NCBI GenBank assembly: GCA_000004985.1
Contig: GG738859.1
Length of the DNA: 64,000 nucleotides
Strand: one strand, 5' to 3'
Origin: Naegleria gruberi
Taxonomy: Eukaryota
In this document: piece after piece, positions 49,968-61,451 of the stretch
Layout of the letters: each line of letters begins with the position of its first letter
Numbering within the stretch: the first letter of the stretch is position 1
The notes under the pieces: generated by a model
Databases searched by the model: none
What the model was told of the DNA's origin: nothing
Seen by the model: the letters and a program-made list of their open reading frames with translations, nothing else
Translations under genes and position numbers: made by a program

Positions 49968-52093
49968 TCAGTCATTCTTTATCTTGAACGAGCTCTTTTC
50001 CAATGCCTGTTCAATACATGCTTTCAATAAAGATCGTTGGCAAGGTTTAATAATCACAGAGTCAAATATTTCAGAAGGGGGCTCTACAAGCACATCTCCT
50101 GTTAGTGCCACTACTGAAATTGAGTCTTTGAACTTTTCCCTCAATATAGTAGCAGCTTCAATACCATCCATTACTGGCATGTTCTGTCTATTGTTGATTA
50201 TTATAGTATTTTAATGACACTTACCAAATCCGTAATGACTAGTTTATGTTGTTTAGGATCCACTGCATCAACCAACTCCTTTCCATTACAAACACTCTCT
50301 GTTTCATAACCAAGACTTTCGATCAGCTTAACAATTACTTTTCTATTAATTGGATTATCATCTGCAATTATAATCTCTGTTCTTTTTGTTGGTTGTGTAT
50401 TTTCTTGCAAGGTTGGTTCTGTGAACAGTCTAAAATAATTCTCGTGAAAGACCATTTGTCGCTTAAGAGAAGTATCGGCATCTTCCTGTAGCTCAGTTAC
50501 ACAGTCACCAACCACAATTTCCAATGGAAGAGTAATTGTGAACTCACTTCCTTTATCAATTTCAGATTTTAATGAAATAGTTCCACCCATTGAATTCACA
50601 TGACTCGATACAATATTTAAACCCAATCCAGAACTATGTAATATTTCTAGCCAAACATTCAAATCTAGATTACTTACCCTGGATAAATATTTTCATTCAC
50701 ATTGTGCAATTGAGAGAATGGAGCAAAAATCTCCCTCTGCTTGTTCTTGGGAATGCCAGAGCCCAAGTCTATAACCTTAAACTCAATTTCCTGTTGTAAA
50801 ATTCCATGATTAGTTTGGGGTTCTCCGTTCGCTTTGCAGATTAAATTAACAGTTTGTCCATTCTTAGAAGCCTTAATAGCGTTAGTTAGCAAGTTAGAGA
50901 GAATTTGGTGAATCCTAGTTTGACTAGTTCTCACATTCAAGTTTTGTGTAATAGAATCCATTAATATTTCCAATTTAACATTAAAATGTTTAGAATAGCT
51001 ATTAATGATTGCCCCAATTAATTGAATACATTTTCCTAAATTAAATACATTTACAATGGTATTCTTGAAATTTTCCTTCTTTTCATGTTCAAATCTTGCT
51101 ACAGTTAGAATGTCCTCGATTAAGTTCAATAGTATTCCATCAGAGGAGGCAATAGTTTCAACTAGCTCTCTCTGTTCACATGTCAGATTAGTTTCTCTCA
51201 ACAACTCTACACTGCCCAGGCTACTCAAACATGGTGAACGAAATTCATGGCTATTACATTTTCAACATTTCTCCTTAATGATAATAAACTTACCTGATGT
51301 GTCTAAGGAATGTTTGTTTAGTTGAGAGAGCTTCCTCTAATTTTTCTCTAGTCTTCTCAAGGGTCCTCACTTTTTGTTTCAAATTTTCTGATGTTGTCAT
51401 TACATGAAAACTCAATATCAGAATAGAAAGGACAATTCCTGAATTTTCACAAAAGTATGTAATGGAATCCAGTGTAAATCCATATCTAGCTAGCTCCAAA
51501 ATTGCACCTCCCAAGTGTAAAATACACGAATAATAGATTGGTATGAGAGAATAAATCTTGTACTCTTTCGAAAGGTTGTTAGTACTCATAATAATGCACA
51601 GATAAATTGGCAGGATAATAATTTTAACCTTGCCCACAAATATGAATCTGACAGTAAAAGCCAACAAGCTAATGAGAATTCTCTTCCTCTCACTTGCCAT
51701 GGTTGTCTCAATATCTGTCTGTTGGTCAGAGATGGAATAGGAGATGTACTTTCTACTTGCAGTTGACCCAATTACACAAGCAATAAGCAGAATAACATTG
51801 GCCTCCCACTCCAATGCATAATATCCATATAAACCCAATATTAAATATTGAAATAATAAAACAATAGGTACCAAATGAACCGAAGTGATAGTTCTATAGA
51901 GAATCCTTTCAAGATTTTTCATCCATGTTTTGTCAGTATCTCCAAAATTAATCTTTAGTCCAATAAGTGGATCAATCCGTAACACTCTGTAAGATGAAGA
52001 AGATGTTGATGTAGTTTTGTTGATATCCACGTTCCCCGAGGAAGATGTATCGCTTACACATTCAATATCAGTATTATTATCCAGAGCCAACAT
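49968..52093 (-). CDS. Hybrid sensor histidine kinase (TM sensor region + HisKA + HATPase_c + receiver), about 665 aa, four exons. Approximate exons: 52093-51294, 51250-50678, 50633-50225, 50183-49968.
   Basis: Exon a encodes several TM helices and a coiled coil ending ...TFLRHI. Splicing across a 43-bp gtaagt...aatag intron gives the H-box SHEFRSPCLSSLGSVELLRETNLTCEQRELVETI. Exon b carries the N-box and G-boxes (ILSNLLTNAIKASKNG...VIDLGSGIP...). A 44-bp intron follows. Exon c continues SGLGLNIVSSHVNSMGGTISLKSE... and starts the receiver: EIIIADDNPINRKVIVKLIESLGYETESVCNGKELVDAV...LVITDL. After a 41-bp intron, exon d completes it with NMPVMDGIEAATILRE...VVALTG...IIKP. Track ORFs 51290..52093, 50674..51228, 50201..50662 and 49968..50180 are the four exons. 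Confidence 0.85.
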
Positions 52094-52765
52094 TTCAGCT
52101 TCCTCTGTACTTGTTATTGGTTGCTATGAAAAAGAATTAATCCTCTTGATGATGCTAAGAACAATCTAGTTGAAATTTCAGAACAGAACGACAATCACTA
52201 TCTGACGTAATTTTTGCTTTTTTTTAAAGTCCTTTCAAAATAACTTACCTTTTAGGGACACAATGCTCAGCACAATGACCTCACAGTTACCTTTCCAATG
52301 AAAACGAAAATTGTGCGAGACAACATTTTTAAGCATCCTCCTTTGCTAAATATGGTGTTTTGTGTGGTAAGGTTGAAGCAGATAATTGAGATCTTAATAT
52401 ATGCTTCAAAGAAGCGAGAAGGAAGTTCATTCGTTAATCGAATGCTTTAAAAATTAAGGCATTTGATACAATGTTGTCTATGCACTAAAATAATTATTTT
52501 CATAATAAATTAATTGCTCTGCCTCTTGATGTGCTTGTTAGGATTTTCCATCAGCAAAAAATTATCATCACACTCCGCAACGAGTACCACCATCAACAGC
52601 ATTAATTTTAAACTCTTGGGTGTTCATCATTTTGTTGCGAGTAGATTTATTTTAATTTATATATTACGAGAGAAGAGAATAATTGGAAAAGTCTTCTGAT
52701 ATTAATTATTGTTTTTTGTGCCATCATCAAAAAGGCTTGTTGGAGGAGAAGATTTTGAAGCGAAA

Positions 52766-54724
52766 ATGTTTATGAATAATAGTTTACCTACATCATCAGA
52801 GAGGGATTTTGATAGTAAAGAAAAACAAATTAGTGCTCAATATGCTAATTTATTGCAACGATCGAATAGATACTTCTCCGGGCTGAGGTTTGTTTTTATT
52901 GTTTGATTATCAATTTAATAATATATTTAATATTTGATTGTGTGTGCATTATAACTGATTACAGAGAACTTCCACAAACTGGACAAAGAAAAGTGTGGGA
53001 GCCATACTTTCGAAAGACATTCGAAGTATTCACACAACTGTGGAAATATCAATTGGAACATCGTTCTGTTTTGGAGAAGAAGGCCAATTTGAAGAGGTTT
53101 GAAATTGGTGAAATTGCATCACGTATTGGTCAACTCTATTACTTGTACTAGTAAGTGTCTATTCTTCATGATGATCGACTAATCGTATAAAAACAGTTTA
53201 AGAACAGGTGATATCAGATATGTCTATGAATCCTATAGATTTTATGAAGCAATTCATACAAGACAATATTTCAAAAATATTGAAAGAGAAGACAATGCTC
53301 AACTTTATCACGGAATGCTCAGATATTATGCTAGATTTATTGTTGTTTGTTTACTAGTTAACAAACGACAAATCATTTATGAAATTTTACCGGAATTTAA
53401 AGATAATGTCAGCAATTATTTAACACATTTTAATATTGGTGGAAAAGGAGGAGAGGAATGGGAATTGCTCATTAATGAACTTGAAAACTTTTTAAAAGCC
53501 GAAACGAGTGTTACAATCGATCAAGCTGTTGATCTAATTAACTATAGATCAGCTGTTCAATTTCCAAAATCTAAAAGTAGAAGAAACAATATACCTAATT
53601 ATTTATTTGATAATCGAAGTGGCAACAATACGCCTTCTTCCTCAGATGATTCATCACCATCCGATATTACTTCTCCTGTTGAGGAAACAATATTTTCACA
53701 AATGACAAGTTCAAATTATATTGTCAAAATTTCAGATGCCATATTGATGACAAACAGAAAATCAACAGTCAAATTCAGTGAATTAACCTTGGATGTTTTT
53801 AGAATTATACAATCATTGGAAAAGAATTCACTCAACGAGAAGCAAGCATCCATTCGTAAAACCATGCTCTACAGACCAACTGTTTCCGAAATGTTAGCAA
53901 GCTTATCGAGTAGTGTGGATATTTCTGAGAGTGTTGACACCACCCAAAATACCAATTTTGCTAATTTTATTTACATTTCGGCTGATGGAGCCAAAGGAGG
54001 AGTTTCACTAAATTCCAAGAGAAGAAGCAATCAACAATATTCTTTCGATGAAGAGTTATCGACAGAGACTAGCCATTTTATGGATCCTAACAGCCTTACA
54101 ATAGATGACATTTTGCCATTCACAAGAAAGCCACTATTTTTAGTTGTTGAAAGTGAGAATTCAACATCTCTAATGGTAAGTAACTATTTTGATATTATCA
54201 TTTATTCTAATTTGAAATAGCCAAAACATAATAGATTCCCATCCTGCTTTGTTTGTTTATTCTCCCCTAAACTTTACGTCTCTCATCTCTCCAATACCTC
54301 AATGATTGGATCCTTCTTTACACACTTCCTTGCATCACCAATTCTTGCCTTGTGCACGTTGACAAAGTTGGAAAGTGTGAAAAATATTGAAAAGAATGTT
54401 TATAGAGAATGTGAGAGTATTTTAATTAATTCCTTTACCGAGATGCACAAGATTCTCTCTCAAGATGACGATTTGGATATTTCACTCAAACTATATTTGG
54501 AAAATGAAACAACGAGACTTTACATTTTGAGGTTTATTCTTTGCAGATTTTTATTGGAAACTTACCTACGTGCTAATAGTGAACTCGTTTTAGGGCATCA
54601 CTTGCATTCATTCCTCCCAACTTCCTATCCAACTATTCCACACGTTTCACAGGACGTATTAACCAAGACTGTCACTCAAATTCTTGAAAGATTGGAGATT
54701 GACTCGAAACTTTTTGATATTTAA
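52766..54724 (+). CDS. SCAI (suppressor of cancer cell invasion)-like transcriptional cofactor homologue in four exons. Approximate exons: 52766-52887, 52965-53150, 53197-54175, 54221-54724.
   Basis: The spliced protein has ...ISAQYANLLQRSNRYFSGLR|ELPQTGQRKVWEPYFRKTFEVFTQLWKYQLEHRSVLEKKANLKRFEIGEIASRIGQLYYLY|YLRTGDIRYVYESYRFYEAIHTRQYF... This closely parallels the conserved SCAI N-terminal block (F.YLLDKSKQLFNGLRDLPQYGQKQWQSYFGRTFDVYTKLWKFQQQHRQVL...KRWQIGEIASKIGQLYYHYYLRTSETSYL). Introns are about 77, 46 and 45 bp, all GT-AG. Track ORFs 52709.., 52903.., 53315.. and 54302..54724 are the exons. Confidence 0.7.
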
Positions 54725-54735
54725 TTTATTAAAAT

Positions 54736-55971
54736 TTATAATTTACTTGCTCGCATAACCTTTTGAATACCTTCTCTGATAGGCACTCTTGGAGAATAGC
54801 CCAAGTCTCTCTGGGCATTACTCAAATCAAAAGTGGCACTTCTAGAAATGGTAGCAACTGCATATCTAGAAAGAGGTGGGTCTCTATCATAAATACCTAA
54901 CAAGGAAAAAACACATTCAAAAATATATCCAATAAAGTAAGCGAATGTAAAATTGATCTTCTTGGGAACAAAAGTATCAGGTCCAGTCTTTTTCTCATAA
55001 TTCAAATCAATGTTCAAATAGTCCTTACTCAATTCCTTACATAATTTATGTAAATCCAATGGTTCTCCATTTGTGATATTGTAAGCCTTTCCCAAACACT
55101 TGTCTCTCTTGTAGGCTAAAAGCAGAGCATCAACAACATTATCGATATAAGTCAAATCAATCAAAAGTGGTTTGTCCTTCTCTGAAATATTTACAAATCT
55201 TCTCTCACGTAAAACTTGAGTAATTCTTGGTAAAATTGCAGTATCATGAATTCCAATTACTGCACGTGGCCTTATAGAAACTACTGGGAACTGATGCTCT
55301 CTATACAAACTCAAAATAAATTGTTCAGCCATATACTTGGTCTTGGCATATTCATTCAACATGTTTTCCATTTTCAGTGTTTCATCATTATTCTCACTAA
55401 CATTATACAAATGTTCCCTACTCATATAAATAGAGGGTGTTCCAACAAATACAAATCTACTCAATTTCTTATTTTTCTTATAGTGAGCGAGTGCCAAATT
55501 GGCCAAATTCATTGTACCTTGAACATTTGCCTTGTATAAATCAGTAGCTCTAGCCCATGAAGTCGACAAGGCTGCACAATGGAAAATCACATCAACACTC
55601 GACAAGATTGGATCTAATAATGTATTAACACTCTCCGAATCACTAATATCACACTTGATAAACTCAACATTTAAATACTTGTTTTCCAATTCACTGCCAA
55701 TCGTGACATTTCTTCCGAGAATGATAATTTTTCCAAAATCTTTTTCTATTGATGATAATAAATTATTAATATCATCATTGCTATTATTTTCATTTTGTTT
55801 GATCTTGTTTGATGATGTTTGGACAGTTAATTGTTTTGGTTTGGCAATTCTTTCACAAAGTACTCGACCAACATGTCCCGTGGCTCCAGTAATGAGTGCT
55901 GTTTGCTTCTTGTTGTCTGCTGTTTCATCGACAGTCGTACTACCAGATGGCAGGATATCATGACAGGACAT
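54736..55971 (-). CDS. NAD(P)-dependent epimerase/dehydratase, 3-beta-hydroxysteroid dehydrogenase-family protein (411 aa)
   Basis: ATG ORF with a Rossmann motif ALITGATGHVGRVL that is interrupted by an N/S-rich insertion. It also has FHCAALSTSWARATDLYKANVQGTMNLANLA (a YxxxK catalytic dyad) and an extended-SDR C-terminal substrate domain. Confidence 0.65.
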   Translation of the reverse strand: MSCHDILPSGSTTVDETADNKKQTALITGATGHVGRVLCERIAKPKQLTVQTSSNKIKQNENNSNDDINNLLSSIEKDFGKIIILGRNVTIGSELENKYLNVEFIKCDISDSESVNTLLDPILSSVDVIFHCAALSTSWARATDLYKANVQGTMNLANLALAHYKKNKKLSRFVFVGTPSIYMSREHLYNVSENNDETLKMENMLNEYAKTKYMAEQFILSLYREHQFPVVSIRPRAVIGIHDTAILPRITQVLRERRFVNISEKDKPLLIDLTYIDNVVDALLLAYKRDKCLGKAYNITNGEPLDLHKLCKELSKDYLNIDLNYEKKTGPDTFVPKKINFTFAYFIGYIFECVFSLLGIYDRDPPLSRYAVATISRSATFDLSNAQRDLGYSPRVPIREGIQKVMRASKL

Positions 55972-56039
55972 TTTTTTGAACTATTCGAATGGAACAAAAA
56001 GGAGTCGATTTGCTGTACTGGATTTTGAAAAAGATCTGT

Positions 56040-56966
56040 TTATTGCTTCTTCTTGGATCCAGGTTTTGGCCAGAAAAAGCTTCGATATGCTTTGGCTGTT
56101 TCTCTATCTCTCTCCGTAACTGTGACTCTGTCGAAAGATTTCAGATAGGGAAAGATGGAGAGAATGCAGAACCGATAGTTTTTGATATCCTCAATTGGAT
56201 TTCCTAAAAGAGTGAGATACTTCAACTCTCTAAACCTTTGCAGTGGGGCAATTTCATTGAGGGAAGTAATATTATTGGCGTGTAAGTAAAGTGTAGTGAG
56301 GTTTTCTGGGAGAGAATCAATACCTTCCAGTGTCGATAAACTGTTGAAAGAAAGATCTACCCATAGTAACTCATTTGGGGTTTCCAAAACATTTGAAAGA
56401 ACTGAGAAAATACCAATTAGACTTGTCAAGTTATTATTTGACAATCTGACTCCTCTTCCTAAATATTTGACAACTTCTTGAGGGGCTTCCTCTTTCTTTT
56501 CCTCTTGCTTTCCAATAAAATCAGAAGTATTCATTTGCATCATTTTTGCTCTTTCATCCAATAGAGTTCTGTTTCCTCGTTTTATGGTTGTTTGATCATC
56601 TTCCACTTTAATTAAACTCGATTTGTTTGATTCCTCGGAGTGATCTTTTGTGACTACTTTTTCTCCATATCTTGGCTCTTGTCCGTATAAATCTATTTTT
56701 CAAATGATGATTTTAATGATTAGATATTTGTATTATTGATGAAGTTTGGAAACAAGTATTTTGCAAAACAAACCTTCCAAAACATTTAAATTCTTAAATG
56801 AAAAATCAATAATTGGAGCTGTAAAATTTGCATAACTGAGTGGAGGACCACTCATTTGAGAACTATTCTGAATGGTTGTATTATTGGTTCTATTGGCTTG
56901 AGAATTACTAATCAAACTCTGATTAATTTTACTGCTGTCATTGTGAGCAGATGTTTTTAATGGCAT
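56040..56966 (-). CDS. Leucine-rich repeat (LRR + LRRcap) protein in two exons. The ATG is at about 56966. Exon 1 runs to about 56783, followed by a roughly 81-bp intron. Exon 2 is about 56700-56040.
   Basis: Exon 2 has LSNNNLTSLIGIFSVLSNVLETPNELLWVDLSFNSLSTLEGIDSLPENLTTLYLHANNITSLNEIAPLQRFRELKYLTLLGNPIEDIKNYRFCILSIFPYLKSFD. These are LRRs of the U2A'/LRRC type with an LRRcap. The upstream exon (MPLKTSAHND...FKNLNVLE) joins in frame through gtttgt...aaaaatag. The track start at 56606 is a GTG. Confidence 0.55.
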
Positions 56967-57504
56967 TTTGTTTTTATAAAGGATAAGTTGTCGAGATTTG
57001 AAGTTAATATAATGTTGTTGTTCCTTGATTCCGAGAGAGGTGAATGTTGTTCTCTCTTTTTTTATTGAAATTTTTGGCAAACGGTTAAGGCGGTATAAGG
57101 AAGAGAATGATAGGTGCTGAAGTGGACTGCATGTTCTGAATTTTTATATTTCTATTGGTAAGAAACTTGAATCATGCTTCCAATGAATGTAAAATAATTT
57201 TAGAGAACTGATGCTAAAAGTTCGATATTAATACGAACAGCTGCTGCTTATGAATTTCTCATCTTTAAAAAAATGAATAAAAACAAGATATTATTGGGTG
57301 GAATCTTGTTGTGTATTTTTATCATGGTCTTGTTGAATAACTTGATCAGTGTGTCGGAAGAAGGCGAGTCTACACTATTTGTTAAGGCTCAAGATCAAGC
57401 TCTTGCTGATGATAGTATGTTTTAATAGATACAACATAAAAACACTGTGGTTATCATCTTAACAATTTTAAAATATTAATCCAACGAATTATAAAGACTC
57501 TGAA

Positions 57505-57774
57505 ATGCTTACGGACCTTATCTCTGATGCCTCTAAGAATGATACCCTGACCTCGGACGATTTTAAAACCTTAGATGAATTGAACAACCTACCAAGTCAG
57601 AAAAAGATTATTGATGAAGCTAAGGAGGCTTTACTTGCAAACAAGCTGAAATATGAAACAATACTTTCGGATCTCAAGACAAAAGTAGACAGTATCAAGA
57701 AAGAGATTCAAACATTGAATACTGAGGAGGATTTAATTTCACAAATGATCCAAGAATTGGAAGCTACAGAATAA
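57505..57774 (+). CDS. Small coiled-coil protein (89 aa), possibly preceded by a signal-peptide exon at about 57273-57415
   Basis: MLTDLISDASKNDTL...KLKYETILSDLKTKVDSIKKEIQTLNTEEDLISQMIQELEATE is heptad-rich. An upstream ATG ORF (MNKNKILLGGILLCIFIMVLLNNLISVSEEGES...DD) ends at gtatgt and could splice in frame to ...ataaag|AC TCT GAA ATG. This is speculative. Confidence 0.35.
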   Translation: MLTDLISDASKNDTLTSDDFKTLDELNNLPSQKKIIDEAKEALLANKLKYETILSDLKTKVDSIKKEIQTLNTEEDLISQMIQELEATE

Positions 57775-58625
57775 TCCGTTTTACAGTATTTCCAGTAAAC
57801 AGATTCTCCTTGATGATCGATGTTTTTAGCCTTTTTGTCTTTTCAGTTAAAACCGTAGTTGAATGTATGTGAAAAATGTTTTGTAAATTAAATTAATCTT
57901 TAATCGTTTTTTGCTTTAAAAGTTGTCACTTGCAAGGCTTGATGGGTCAATTATTTTCTCAGAATATACAAGCCTAATCCATTTCAAGACAAAACCATTA
58001 TTTTTTGCCAAGAAAAAGGAAAGCTTGTCATTTGTTTGGTATTCACAATAGAATAGACTAACACTTCTGTTGCATCAACTATATTGTTGAATTATTGTTG
58101 TGATGAATAATTACAACACTATGTTGTGCACATACTGTTGTGTGATTAACTGTTATGATTTAATATTTCTATCGTCCATCTCCTGTCCAAGCCACTGCAC
58201 AAATATGAACAACATGAGAATTCAATGTAGCGGCTTTTTCGCACTTGTTGATGCAAAAATTTCATTCAACAACCCTTCTAAAGGACAAGCATAGGCTTTC
58301 TTGTTTTAGGAACGCGCACATAACAACAAAAAAATTAAACCCTTCAAGTCAATAGTGTGTGGAGTTCGTTCTGTCAGCGCGCCATATCATCAACAGTGGC
58401 CAACAGAAAAAGCAGCGAATTATTTTCATCATCATCAACGATACACATCATCATCACTAATAACAACAATAATAATTATATTATTGGATAAATATTGTTA
58501 GCACTGCAACAACAACAAGATTAACGTTTGCTACCTGATCAGTAGTAGTAACACAGGATCAAAGAAGTCAATACTTTTTGTCGGCAACAACAAACAAAAG
58601 AAACCTTGTGGGAACAATCTTTACC

Positions 58626-61349
58626 ATGTTGTCATCATCGACGATAAAACAACAAGCCATACCACCCTTTCATAATCATACGGAATTTTCTTCTCATCTT
58701 CGAATAATTGCAGAGGTTGATAAACACTCTAATAAGACAAAGTTGTATCTATACTCAATGCTGTCTAAGAACAAGATAGTCATCACACCTGATGTCCCTA
58801 AAACCATTAGTGAATTTAGAGATGAACATATGGATGTAGGCATGGTGTTTGCAGTTGTGGGCACATCTTGGTGCGGTAAATCGACTATTGCCAATGTGGC
58901 CAGACAATTATTTGGACCAAAGTATGGTCGTAATGAGAAGGCAGTTTTTGGTGATCTGATACGAGGTTCTATTGTCAAGTCCTTCTCTCAACTCTTAAAT
59001 TGTCTCAGAAACTTTTTGGACCAAGAAGATTTTGTTAAAGAGCATCAACGCACCATTCATGATAGGTTAATAGAGTTAAAGATCTTTAAACTTAAAAAGA
59101 GTTTGCAAACACCAAACTTTACATCCTCTGGTTGCGAGCCTAGAGGTCTCCACAGTGAATATGAAGCTCAGAAGAGTACAATAATAGCAACACCAATAAT
59201 GAAAGAGGAATTTGAACAATTGAAACGAGAATTGATTCAATATTTTGCTGAAAGAAATGAGGTTATAGATCGATCACTTGATATTCATTCAGACGTAAAT
59301 CGTGTGGTGAAACTCTTAGAGAGCTTATGGAACGACCCTATTGTACAAATTGTCTATGCCCTAAATCATAGAATTCCTAATCTCAACGTATCAACTAACC
59401 TAGATTACTGGATACCAAGACTTAAAAAGATTTTCTCAGCTGGCTTTTCTCCTAAATCTAAAGACATTCTCCAATCCCACCCAGGCCATAATGGTATCTA
59501 TGCCCATCATCCTATGGAATGCAAGTTTCCAAAAAATCAAACTGAGACTGTGACTGAAATTCCACTCTTTGAAGCTAAGGAAATACCATTTGTAGTGTTG
59601 GATGTTACAGACGTTAGTCGTAAATTGGAACATGTTATAGATCTTGTAACAGATATTGTATTTGTAGTTTCTATGGATGACTATTATCTTATAGACGAGA
59701 GAAATATGGACAGATTATCTGATGCCATTCAAAAATTTAGAAAACTTTGCGAGGACATGAAAGAAAGCTTCTTATCGAGAAGAATTCCACTCAAAAACAT
59801 TACACTTGTTTTTAACAAGTTTGATATATTTTCAGACAAGGCCTCCAAATCTGAGGACCCTTTTATCAAGTTAGAAACATCCCACCCAGATATTTATACT
59901 TATTATGGTACTGATTCAGGAGCTTCCCAGCACCTTATCAGGTCCCTCATTGACTATTTTGTAAACATTTACGATTCATACTTTAGAGATATAAGAGAAT
60001 TTCCAATAAGCAAACATCAAATTGAAACTTATAGACTAACATCGAGTTTACTGGCTGGTACTATACTGAACATTTGTGTAACATCTGCCACTAACAAAAG
60101 TAACATGGAAGATTTTTGGAGATTTGTGATTGGTCGTGAAAAAGGCGTTGAGCAACGTTCTTATTGTACAGACGGTTCATGGATACCGTTCAGAATGTGT
60201 AGATCATCTCTTCATGAGCAGTATGGAATCTCTTACCTTAATTGGGGAGAGAACTTCTTCATACATGGTAATAACCAACCATTTAGATTTGCTGTGCACG
60301 AAAGCCTTCTCTTACTGAGATGTCCACAGCTGGCTACTATAATAGGGTTAAACGAGAAGAACAAGAAGGCTGTAAATACTTATGAACCAGTTCCAACAAT
60401 AATGGTGGACTTTGATGTTGGTGTTTTAGCCGAATTGATACGGAGGATTTATGATGGCTTTAGTGTTTTTGATTTACAAAAATTCATTCAACACTATCCT
60501 TCTCTCCTTCCTGTTGTTATCAAGAAGCCAAAGAAGCTAACCAAAAAACCAAAGCTACTTCGACCAGTTATTCTAAAATACAAAATGATCAAGGCAAAAA
60601 CTATTAACAAGAACATTATATATAGATTTAACCATCCTCAATTTACTGATATAGTTAACTATGTTGACTTGATTGGAAATAATTTTTCTGCCCTCTCTGG
60701 TAGACATGACATGCTGTTATTCCACCAAAGTGATAACATTTCGAGTTGCAAGTTCATGCTATCGATGAGATTGCCAGGATTCACTCTTGAGAAAGATTAC
60801 TATGTACTTGTTCCATATATCAAAAAGCCCTCATATTTTAATGTTTTGAGAATACTTAACCACGAACGAGACGTTTGCATTGATAACTGGAAAGAGCTGA
60901 TAGAAATGATTTTCATCAGCAAAATGTGGCAGTTTGAAGACGATTCTATATTAGTAGAGACTTTGAGAAAAATGTTTAAAAATGTAGTTTCAGCTGATAA
61001 TGTTCACCAAATGATTCCACTGTTGTCAAATGACTTTATAGATTTCTCTCAACTTGATGACCCTGTACAAGGCAAGGTTTCAGAGAGAACCCTTCTAGAT
61101 AACCTACCAACAGAAATAATCTATGTTGTGTCTTCCTTTTTGTATGGTGTCTTTGATACAAATCCACAAAACTCTCTAATTGATCAAGACTACTTGAGTC
61201 TTATTTGTTGCCTGAATCATACCTCCTTCTTTAGGTTCTTTAAAGAGATTCCTAAGGACAAACTCAAACAATTTATTTGGAAAACTAAGTTTACCAAATT
61301 TACCCTATTTTTGAAAGAGTGTAATTCTTTCCTAGAAAAACACAAATAA
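58626..61349 (+). CDS. Highly divergent G-protein alpha-subunit-like protein with a roughly 480-aa C-terminal extension (about 908 aa). Catalytic-site residues are not conserved.
   Basis: G-alpha-like blocks: the Walker A/P-loop VVGTSWCGKSTIANVARQLFG (G-alpha has [20 protein letters not shown]) and a helical-domain-sized insert. Then a switch region: ...TVTEIPLFEAKEIPFVVLDVTDVSRKLEHVIDLVTDIVFVVSMDDYY (G-alpha has RVKTTGIVE...[36 protein letters not shown]). The NKxD box is in LVFNKFDIFSDK (G-alpha has LFLNKKDLF). The switch-I Arg and Thr and the switch-II Gly-Gln (DVGGQ becomes DVTDV) are replaced. No ATG occurs for about 330 bp upstream of 58626. The 480 aa beyond the G-alpha-like domain have no match I recognise. 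Confidence 0.6.
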   Translation: MLSSSTIKQQAIPPFHNHTEFSSHLRIIAEVDKHSNKTKLYLYSMLSKNKIVITPDVPKTISEFRDEHMDVGMVFAVVGTSWCGKSTIANVARQLFGPKYGRNEKAVFGDLIRGSIVKSFSQLLNCLRNFLDQEDFVKEHQRTIHDRLIELKIFKLKKSLQTPNFTSSGCEPRGLHSEYEAQKSTIIATPIMKEEFEQLKRELIQYFAERNEVIDRSLDIHSDVNRVVKLLESLWNDPIVQIVYALNHRIPNLNVSTNLDYWIPRLKKIFSAGFSPKSKDILQSHPGHNGIYAHHPMECKFPKNQTETVTEIPLFEAKEIPFVVLDVTDVSRKLEHVIDLVTDIVFVVSMDDYYLIDERNMDRLSDAIQKFRKLCEDMKESFLSRRIPLKNITLVFNKFDIFSDKASKSEDPFIKLETSHPDIYTYYGTDSGASQHLIRSLIDYFVNIYDSYFRDIREFPISKHQIETYRLTSSLLAGTILNICVTSATNKSNMEDFWRFVIGREKGVEQRSYCTDGSWIPFRMCRSSLHEQYGISYLNWGENFFIHGNNQPFRFAVHESLLLLRCPQLATIIGLNEKNKKAVNTYEPVPTIMVDFDVGVLAELIRRIYDGFSVFDLQKFIQHYPSLLPVVIKKPKKLTKKPKLLRPVILKYKMIKAKTINKNIIYRFNHPQFTDIVNYVDLIGNNFSALSGRHDMLLFHQSDNISSCKFMLSMRLPGFTLEKDYYVLVPYIKKPSYFNVLRILNHERDVCIDNWKELIEMIFISKMWQFEDDSILVETLRKMFKNVVSADNVHQMIPLLSNDFIDFSQLDDPVQGKVSERTLLDNLPTEIIYVVSSFLYGVFDTNPQNSLIDQDYLSLICCLNHTSFFRFFKEIPKDKLKQFIWKTKFTKFTLFLKECNSFLEKHK

Positions 61350-61451
61350 ACACAAACCTAATTTATTTTGTCACAGTGTTTTGGTATTCCTCTTTTTGGA
61401 AAATAAATTAATCTAATTATAACTTTTACATTTAAAAAAATAAGTGATGGA

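Noticed and set aside
49882-50214. Track ORF 49882..50214(+) and other antisense ORFs inside long genes (for example 6525..6737, 24608..24922, 26106..26495, 35180..35485, 40719..40979)
   Set aside because: They are antisense to well-supported coding exons (the histidine-kinase receiver domain, Furry, the Kelch genes), are short, and lack ATG starts or recognisable domains.
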